From NCBI RefSeq assembly GCF_009914755.1, contig NC_060936.1: a stretch of DNA of 64,000 nt; one strand, 5' to 3'. Below, in pieces: positions 54,201 through 64,000 of the stretch. The notes beneath the pieces are model-generated. The model made no database searches, was not told the DNA's origin, and was given only the letters and a program-made list of their open reading frames with translations. Position 1 is the first letter of the stretch; each line of letters starts with the position of its first letter. Source of the stretch: the human T2T-CHM13v2.0 reference genome, Homo sapiens. The position numbers and the translations under genes are program-made.

Positions 54201-57135
54201 CACCTCTTCTCCCTTTGTCCTCCCAGTGACTCTGAGGGAAGCGCTGAGCTGCTACACCATGTTCCTTCTCAACCAAGGAGCCAGCACTGAGCAGAGAGGA
54301 GCTCTTGCCTCTTGCCTCTGGCCCAGGCAGGCATCAGGGATCTCTCTGTCTCTCTCTGTCTGCCTCTCTCCCTCCCACCCCTCGACACAGTCCTTCCTTC
54401 CTCTCTGACATCTGTGCTTGGTCACTCCCATCTGCAAGAAGGCCCGCTCCCCCACAGTATTATTGAGATAGTAACAGGCCACTGTCTCCTCTCTGCTTTC
54501 CCCAAATCAGGCACATCCCAACTTCACCATCCAGGTAGTTGTTACTCTTGTAATGTAAGCAGCAAAAGCGATAGAGCAGCTTGAAGCTGCCCAGGGCCCA
54601 TGTTCTGGCTGGACAGGCCCACCGATGCCTGTGTTCACACAGCCCACACTGCCCGACACTCCCACTCCTCACCCCAAGAGCCTTCCTGTGTTCCATCCAC
54701 CAGGACCAGGACTCCATCCCCAAATCAGAACCTCTGTGTCCTTTCCTTCCTTCCAGGTTTCCTGGGCCACTGAGCCTGCAGCATGAATCCTCCTAGAATT
54801 TAAGACTCAGAAGGAGACAGGTCACGGAGAGGTAGCAGTGTACCCCAGGCAGTCGGGCCCAGGTGAGCCCAAGGTCAGGCCTCACATTTCAAGTCGATTT
54901 CAGGATCATTAACATTCCCACTTCCTGTCATGCCCCCAGGCCTTTTGCTTGTTGAAGACAGTGGTCCCTGTTCTCTGGATTTCAAAAACCATTTCTCTCT
55001 TCTGAAGGAAGAACAATCAGCGTCCCCAACAAGCCCAGCTCTCCTGAGAAATTACAGAATAGTTCTAAGATTCGGGCAAAGAGGGAGGAGGGATGAAGGG
55101 TGAAGAAGGCCTTTGATTCAGACTCAGCCTTGAGAGGAAGGATCTGGAGGGAGAGGCTGTTCAGTGGAATAATGAGAGTGACAGAGGCAGGCGTTCATCC
55201 CCGTCTGTTCTTTTTGCACTTTTGGTTTGGGGTCGGTTTCTCCTTCAATGTGCTTGGCTTAGAGCTGCCCCAGCTGCTGTGGGCATGAAAACCACTGCTC
55301 ACCAGTCTCCACATCTTGGCCCTTACCCAAAATAACCCAGGAGGGAGGAAGGAGCTCATGGGTGGGTGGCTGGATAAATGGCTCCAGAATAATGGATCAA
55401 ACATTGAATGAGTGAAGGAGTACACACCCCGTCCCTTGGCCCCAAGATGCTCATTCATACCCCTCTCTGAGCGTGAAGGAGAAACAGCAAAAGCTGAATT
55501 TGGGGTGTGTGCCCCAGTGCCAGCCAGTCTTTCCAGGGTGCTTCCGATGCCTCCAGTGGAAGTCCCCAGCCATGTTCCCTCCCTGGGGCATTCCCATCTG
55601 CCCTCCCAGGGAAGGCTGCTTGGTGCAGCAGAGGTGTGCTCTCTGGGAGCTTCGGTGGAGAGGAAAGGACAGGGGAGTCAGGATACGAGGGCTGGTGGAG
55701 TCTGCCAGGTGGGGCTAGGGCAGCCTCGCTCTTCCTTGTCCCAGGAGCACATGTCAAAAGCGCCAGGGCTGGGGAAGCAGCAGGGAGCAGAGGCTGGAGA
55801 AGGCCTGCGTCCCTGTCCCGGTTCTGCTCTCGGCAGCCTCAGTTTTCTCATCTCCACCTGTGGCTGGAGACGCCTTCCCCAGTAGTCTCCCCAGGTTGTT
55901 GGGAGCATGAAATGAGGTGCTGTCATGTGAGCGCTTGAACAGCCACACTGCTGGACTCTCCTAATGAACGAGCAAAGAACCATATGTGTCAGCACACCAA
56001 GCTACATGGCACAAATAGTAAATGCCTCAGGGAAAAGGACCATTCTGGGATGCCACGTAGGTCAAGGAGGCTTCATGGAGATGGTCGGAGTTGGAGGGTA
56101 GGTAGGAAGGCTTTTGTGCATGTGGGGGAGTGGTGGGGATGGAATTCCAAGAGTGGGGCAGCAGGGCAAAGACCCAGACACAGGCGCACAGCTCCCAGCA
56201 AGCGCCCTGGATGCATTAAGCCCTCCATCAGTGGTGTCAAAGCAAGAGGAACCGTGTGTGGCATATTCTGGAGGCAGAGAGTAGGACTGAGTGCATGGAT
56301 CAGAGGGCGAATGCTGGAAAGGGAAGGTGTAGTTAGATGGGTAGAGTGAAAGCGGATTGCCAAGGGCCCTGGGAGCCAGGACAAGGGTCCCGTGTGCTGA
56401 GTGATAGTGATGTGACATGGTGAAGTCCCTGCTGAGAAAGACTCCTCCAGAAGATGAGAGAATTACGTGTGGGCTTCAAGCCCCTCTCTCTCTGTGCCGA
56501 GAGTCCCCTTACAACCAACAACTTAACTGTTTCATCCAATCAACCCACTCCTTTCTTGTAGAGCTTAATTTTTTTTTCCAAGGCAAAGAAATCTTAGAGA
56601 TCTCCTCTCAACCTTCACCTCCCCCACCCCTGCAGCAAATGCTTATCCAGGCTTTGCCTGGAAACTTCTACTAATGAGCAAGTCCTCATCTCTCCAGATA
56701 GCCAGGCCATTTGGGAAATGTTTCATCCATTAGGGCACGATCTTCCCCTGCAGTTCTCCTTCTTTAGTGCAGTGCCCTCTAAAACTACTCTGGGCAGGTG
56801 CTGTCTTCCTCCTGTGGAAAAAAACTTCATATGTTGGAAGGTGGTGGCGAGGTCTCTTAGGTTCTCCTTATCTAAATTAAACCTTTCCATTTTTTCTTCT
56901 ACTGTTCTCTATAAGTGACACAACATGACTTACTGGCCCTTCCCCATCAAAGAACTCTATTATTGCCCCCTTTAGACATGATCCTGAGCACTGAACCTCT
57001 ATCCTAAGGGGGCCTGCCTGATACATGGGAGAGGGAAGCCCTGCCTCCCTGGGTCTTTGCCTGTAGCAGTGAGCCTAGAAATGCATGAAGCCGCAGGACC
57101 TCTCACAAAAGATGTGGGCAATTAAAGCAGCTAGA

Positions 57136-57780
<645 letters not shown>

Positions 57781-58572
57781 AAAGTAGCCAGATGGACCAA
57801 AGACTCTGTCTGCCCCAGGGCAAGAAAGAGGAAAACAAACTGCAAGCATCCAGCAGGCAGAGTTGGGAGAAGAATTAAAGCAAAGGACACGCTACATAGC
57901 AGGGCAAGCTGATCGATATTCTGACAGCTGCCCATAAACTCATTCATGAAATTATGGGGCTGAAGAGACACCATGGGGTTGGAGTTAAAATGACTCACTT
58001 CACATAAATGTCATCAATGGCGGCAGCCTAGAAATTTAAGGCAGCAATTTACTTGCCTGCTGGAAGGGAAGACACAAATGAGACCTGTCTGAGGAAGTCT
58101 TGCTCCATACTCAAGGCGGCTTTCCCTCTGTGGCTGTTCACGGCCTTCAAGGTAGTGCTGGGCCCCTGTAGATCCTCCTTGCAGGAAATCTGACCTGCTC
58201 TTCAGCAGCAGAAAGCAGTGAAGCAGGAAAGACGGGGCCCCAGAGAAGAGAGAAAATGAGAACAAATCGTGAGCTCTGCATAGCTTTGTGAACGGCAAAG
58301 AACAGGGTGCAAACGTCAAAACTCATCCATAGTAAAACTCTGACTTCCGTACAGGAGAGGGAGCCTGGGGCCTGTGTCCATCCTTGATACTTTTCTGACC
58401 AAGGGTGGGCTCCTGGCCTCTCCGTGATGTGCATCAATGGTGAGTGAGAAAGGGAGGCAGCACTGATGGTGGAAAGAGGTTCAAAACTCTACCACTATCT
58501 GCCTCTGCGACTCTGGACAAGCTGATGACCCTCTCTGGACCTTAACATTCTCACCTATACAATGAAGGGCTA

Positions 58573-58878
58573 GGTGGGGCACAGTAGCTCATGCCTGTAA
58601 TCCCAACATTTTGGAAGGCTGAGGTGGGAAGATTGCTTGAGGCCAGGAGTTCGAGACCAACCTGGGCAACATAGTGAGACCTTGTCTCTACAAAAAATTT
58701 AAAAATTAGCCATGCATGGTGGTGCATGCCTGTGGTCCCAGCTACTCTCAAGGTTGTGGTGGGAGGATCACTTGAGACTGGGAGCTGGAGGCTGCGGTGA
58801 GCCAAGATCATGTCACTACACTCCAGCCTGGGCAACAGAGTGAAACTCTGTTTCAGAAAAAATAAAAATAAAAAATCA
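58573..58878 (+). mobile_element. AluJ inserted into a MIR
   Basis: TSD AATGAAGGGCT (58561-58571 and 58879-58889). MIR-like text continues on both sides. Confidence 0.92.
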
Positions 58879-59269
58879 AATGAAGGGCTGGCCTACAATC
58901 CTACAGACCCCTTCTGACTGTGATGATGTCATGATTAAGATCTCCATTTCACACTGGGGAAACCGAGCCACAGAAGAGTGAGGTCACATAGCTCCAAGTG
59001 GCAGAGCCAGGATCCAAACTCAGGCCCCTGGCCCCCAAGCCCATGCTCCTAACCACGCTGCCTGCTGACTGCTTCCTTCTGCCCAGAGGAGCCGGCAGGG
59101 AGGCCCTGGGCAGGGTCATAAAATAAGTGGCTTCTCCCCAGGACCACCACCTGCACCCACTGCCCTCCTCCTCCACTTAGTGATGCCAGCACATCCTCAG
59201 GGCTCTCTTACCCTTGCTCTCCCATGACAGATAGGAAAAGGCTTTATAAATTCATCAATAGACATTCTA

Positions 59270-59480
59270 GCTAAGAGGATGGACTTGGCATCAGATCTAC
59301 CCGGGTTCAAATCCTGAATCTTATTGGCGCTTGCTTGGAGTAAACGACTGAATTTTCTAAGCCTCAATTTTCTCATCCAAAAAATGGGGACATCTAATGC
59401 CTCCCTCATAGGGTTACCTCAGTTAATGTATGTAAAATTCATGGAAGAGTAGCTGGCATATAGTGAGTGATTGAGAGACT
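59270..59480 (+). mobile_element. MIR SINE
   Basis: gggttcaaatcctg...ctaagcctcaattttctcatccaaaaaatgggg. Confidence 0.7.
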
Positions 59481-61226
59481 GAGCTTTGTTGTTAATATGA
59501 AGATAGAAATGGCTGATGTTGCTATTGCACACTCTGGGAGACAAGGCCTTAAAATCAAGGAATGGCCATTAGGTGTCATGGAACCGGGTTGGAGGAGGAT
59601 TGGGGGTGCAAATCATACTCTATCCCTTTCCAATCATACCACGTGGGTGACCATCTGGCATGTGGCACTTAGCACTTAAAAGGACACCACTAATGTCCTT
59701 TTAGTAGTGAGAACTGGGTTTCCAAAGGAGTGCTCTAGAGAAAGACCACCACACTCCATGTCTAGAAGATCCCTGTCCCATCCCTAATGGTTGCAGGCAA
59801 GCTGTGTTTTCCCCTTGGAGTGTCTCGCCCTCCTGTGTGGTCAGATAGCCTGTTTTCCCCATAGTCCCCGAGGGTCTGAGCATGTCCCAGGCTGCCCTGC
59901 CATCTCTAGTGAAGGTGGGGTGGGGGTGGGAGAGGGAGTGTGCCAAAGTTCAAGAGTTTGTTGGGTGCAGCTAAACTTACTGCCCCTGCCCCCTCCCGGC
60001 CCCATCCACCTCCCCGCCAACCCGGCAGCAATAACCAAGGCAGCCTGATAGACTCCGTGGTGCCCTAATGGTGGAGAGAGATTTTCTGCTTGGGAGCACA
60101 GGATGTTTATGGCCTGCTGAGATCACAGTAACCCTGGCTTTCTTCTTTGGATTATGGCTGCAGATCAAGGGCAGGCATTTATGCCTCCTCCCAGTTTATA
60201 GCAGTGATCATAATTATGGTGATGGCAGAGCGCACTTCTATTGTGCCTTTTTAATAAGGCCACTTTGTTTGGCTTCTTAATATTTAATCCTGTTTTATAT
60301 TTACTTTCTGATGGCTTAAAATCAACCAGGCTTTAATTGCTTATGCAGAGGAAGCCAAGCTGGGCCTGGGCTGGCAGGAAGTTGTTGAGAAGGTTCTGGA
60401 AGCTGATGGCACCTTTCTCTGTGACCTTTCCACCCAGGCAGGCTGCTGTGGCCTGGGAACTGTGTTTCTTTTTCTCTTCTCTTTTTCTCTCATCCACTCT
60501 TTCCTCTTATTCTACAACCTTCTTTTCTCTTTTGCCATTCCTTTCCTTTCTTTTCCTTAGAAGAGATCCTCAGTTCACCCTCCGGTTCAATTTATCCATG
60601 TAAGAGACCAGAGTTGTACTGTGACCTGCCAAAGCTTTGGAGCTACTTAGGGCAAGGCCAAGGCGAGGACTGTCTTTGTTGTTTTTCCTGGACTCACAGT
60701 ATTAGAGACTCCTAAGACTCCAAACTGGGCAAACACATATGAAGAGTTCCTTCATCTATCCACTTGACAATACATATGGCCACGTGCTTGATCTATCCAA
60801 CGGTAGAAAAGTCATAAGGAATAACTTTCCAAGTTATTGTTTTCTGAAAGAGAAAATTAAATCAGATGAAACATGCCGTGCCACAGTTCCTCAATTCCTG
60901 GGAAGTAACACAGCCCAGTTGCTCAGGTCTATTCTGCGGTGGGGCTGGAGCAACCCTGCTACAGGCCCCTGCACCACCAGCTCTCAGCAGCAGTCCAGCC
61001 TGCAAATGTGCATTTCAGCGACGTCGCCTGATGGGGCTGAAAAAGGCCTGGACTCAAGACCTGTCATTCTCTGCCATTTACTAGCTCTCCCCTTGGGCAC
61101 CTAACTTCAGCCTTTGGGGACTACACTTTCTTTTGTCAGTGGGGATAATAATATCTACCTTGCCTGTGCCGTAGGGGTATGTCGGTCAGTGTCCCCATGG
61201 AAACAGTAGGTACTCTTAAACTAGGT

Positions 61227-63601
61227 GACTTGAGGAGGGCTTCATAAAGATGCAGGCAGGGTTTAAGGACTTAAGGAGGGCTTCATAAAGATGCAGGCAG
61301 GGTTTAAGGACTTAAGGAGGGCTTCATAAAGATGCAGGCAGGGTTTAAGGACTTAAGGAGGGCTTCATAAAGATGCAGGCAGGGTTTAAGGACTTAAGGA
61401 GGGCTTCATAAAGATGCAGGCAGGGTTTAAGGACTTAAGGAGGGCTTCATAAAGATGCAGGCAGGGTTTAAGGACTTAAGGAGGGCTTCATAAAGATGCA
61501 GGCAGGGTTTAAGGACTTAAGGAGGGCTTCATAAAGATGCAGGCAGGGTTTAAGGACTTAAGGAGGGCTTCATAAAGATGCAGGCAGGGTTTAAGGACTT
61601 AAGGAGGGCTTCATAAAGATGCAGGCAGGGTTTAAGGACTTAAGGAGGGTTTCATAAAGATGCAGGCAGGGTTTAAGGACTTAAGGAGGGTTTCATAAAG
61701 ATGCAGGCAGGGTTTAAGGACTTAAGGAGGGCTTCATAAAGATGCAGGCAGGGTTTAAGGACTTAAGGAGGGTTTCATAAAGATGCAGGCAGGGTTTAAG
61801 GACTTAAGGAGGGCTTCATAAAGATGCAGGCAGGGTTTAAGGACTTAAGGAGGGTTTCATAAAGATGCAGGCAGGGTTTAAGGACTTAAGGAGGGTTTCA
61901 TAAAGATGCAGGCAGGTTTTAAGGACTTAAGGAGGGTTTCATAAAGATGCAGGCAGGGTTTAAGGACTTAAGGAGGGTTTCATAAAGATGCAGGCAGGGT
62001 TTAAGGACTTAAGGAGGGTTTCATAAAGATGCAGGCAGGGTTTAAGGACTTAAGGAGGGCTTCATAAAGATGCAGGCAGGGTTTAAGGACTTAAGGAGGG
62101 TTTCATAAAGATGCAGGCAGGGTTTAAGGACTTAAGGAGGGTTTCATAAAGATGCAGGCAGGGTTTAAGGACTTAAGGAGGGTTTCATAAAGATGCAGGC
62201 AGGGTTTAAGGACTTAAGGAGGGCTTCATAAAGATGCAGGCAGGGTTTAAGGACTTAAGGAGGGTTTCATAAAGATGCAGGCAGGGTTTAAGGACTTAAG
62301 GAGGGTTTCATAAAGATGCAGGCAGGGTTTAAGGACTTAAGGAGGGCTTCATAAAGATGCAGGCAGGGTTTAAGGACTTAAGGAGGGCTTCATAAAGATG
62401 CAGGCAGGGTTTAAGGACTTAAGGAGGGCTTCATAAAGATGCAGGCAGGGTTTAAGGACTTAAGGAGGGCTTCATAAAGATGCAGGCAGGGTTTAAGGAC
62501 TTAAGGAGGGCTTCATAAAGATGCAGGCAGGGTTTAAGGACTTAAGGAGGGCTTCATAAAGATGCAGGCAGGGTTTAAGGACTTAAGGAGGGCTTCATAA
62601 AGATGCAGGCAGGGTTTAAGGACTTAAGGAGGGCTTCATAAAGATGCAGGCAGGGTTTAAGGACTTAAGGAGGGCTTCATAAAGATGCAGGCAGGGTTTA
62701 AGGACTTAAGGAGGGCTTCATAAAGATGCAGGCAGGGTTTAAGGACTTAAGGAGGGCTTCATAAAGATGCAGGCAGGGTTTAAGGACTTAAGGAGGGCTT
62801 CATAAAGATGCAGGCAGGGTTTAAGGACTTAAGGAGGGCTTCATAAAGATGCAGGCAGGGTTTAAGGACTTAAGGAGGGCTTCATAAAGATGCAGGCAGG
62901 GTTTAAGGACTTAAGGAGGGCTTCATAAAGATGCAGGCAGGGTTTAAGGACTTAAGGAGGGCTTCATAAAGATGCAGGCAGGGTTTAAGGACTTAAGGAG
63001 GGCTTCATAAAGATGCAGGCAGGGTTTAAGGACTTAAGGAGGGCTTCATAAAGATGCAGGCAGGGTTTAAGGACTTAAGGAGGGCTTCATAAAGATGCAG
63101 GCAGGGTTTAAGGACTTAAGGAGGGCTTCATAAAGATGCAGGCAGGGTTTAAGGACTTAAGGAGGGCTTCATAAAGATGCAGGCAGGGTTTAAGGACTTA
63201 AGGAGGGCTTCATAAAGATGCAGGCAGGGTTTAAGGACTTAAGGAGGGCTTCATAAAGATGCAGGCAGGGTTTAAGGACTTAAGGAGGGCTTCATAAAGA
63301 TGCAGGCAGGGTTTAAGGACTTAAGGAGGGCTTCATAAAGATGCAGGCAGGGTTTAAGGACTTAAGGAGGGTTTCATAAAGATGCAGGCAGGGTTTAAGG
63401 ACTTGAGGGTTTCATAAAGATGCAGGCAGGGTTTAAGGACTTAAGGAGGGCTTCATAAAGATGCAGGCAGGGTTTAAGGACTTAAGGAGGGTTTCATAAA
63501 GATGCAGGCAGGGTTTAAGGACTTAAGGAGGGCTTCATAAAGATGCAGGCAGGGTTTAAGGACTTAAGGAGGGTTTCATAAAGATGCAGGCAGGGTTTAA
63601 G
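61227..63601. repeat. 41-bp minisatellite (VNTR), 58 units, intron 9
   Basis: Unit GACTTAAGGAGGG(C/T)TTCATAAAGATGCAGGCAGGGTTTAAG. 2375 bp = 58 x 41 minus one 3-bp deletion near 63404. Confidence 0.99.
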
Positions 63602-64000
63602 GAAGCCAGCAAGTACAGTACCCCAGGGTAGCAGCTGTGTGGATCTGTTACCGGTAAAGGCTGGAGGAACAAAGTGAGGGGCAGCCTCAGAGTCAGAGAG
63701 CAGCTATGTGGAGAGGGCCATGGGGCAGACATGTGGCCTTGGGCAGCAAGAAGCAGCCAGTCTACACCAACCCTGTGTGCTGCAGTTGGGGAGCGAACGC
63801 CCCACCTCTCTCTCCTCGGGTCCACCCACGGACGTCCTGCTAGTGCTGCCCATGGGCCGGCCCAAGCAGGAAGCAAGGTCAGCTTCCTGGAGCACCAGGC
63901 CTGGGGAGAGGGAAGGAGAGTGGGTCTGAGGACAGACTCTCAACTGTCCGGCACCTAGGAGTCCCCTTAAAACCCCATGATGATATGAAGTGTTATTCTA

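Overview
Primate (human or great-ape) genomic DNA from the middle of CACNA1C (Cav1.2 L-type Ca2+ channel alpha-1C), transcribed on the + strand. Five coding exons have canonical GT-AG boundaries: exon 6 (7203-7361), exon 7 (14286-14482, domain-I pore loop TMEGW), the mutually exclusive 104-nt IS6 exons 8a (25541-25644) and 8 (25947-26050) that carry the Timothy-syndrome codons G402/G406 (wild type here), and exon 9 (33921-34093, alpha-interaction domain). The rest is intron with the usual Alu, L1, L2, MIR, DNA-transposon and LTR relics. Almost all ORFs in the track are spurious, and there is no CRISPR array or prokaryotic system. The most unusual structures are two large, nearly homogeneous minisatellites in intron 9: 34 x 51 bp (41179-42912) and 58 x 41 bp (61227-63601). 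The 51-mer is open in the CACNA1C reading phase and ends next to a plausible splice donor, so it is a candidate source of cryptic I-II-loop exons. Other leads are competing base-pairings around exon 8, a GAG plus NAGNAGNAG acceptor at exon 7, a tailless Alu monomer, a twice-used Alu target site and a template-switch hairpin. All functional interpretations are untested hypotheses. Repeat family names and exon/residue numbers come from recognition, not a database search.
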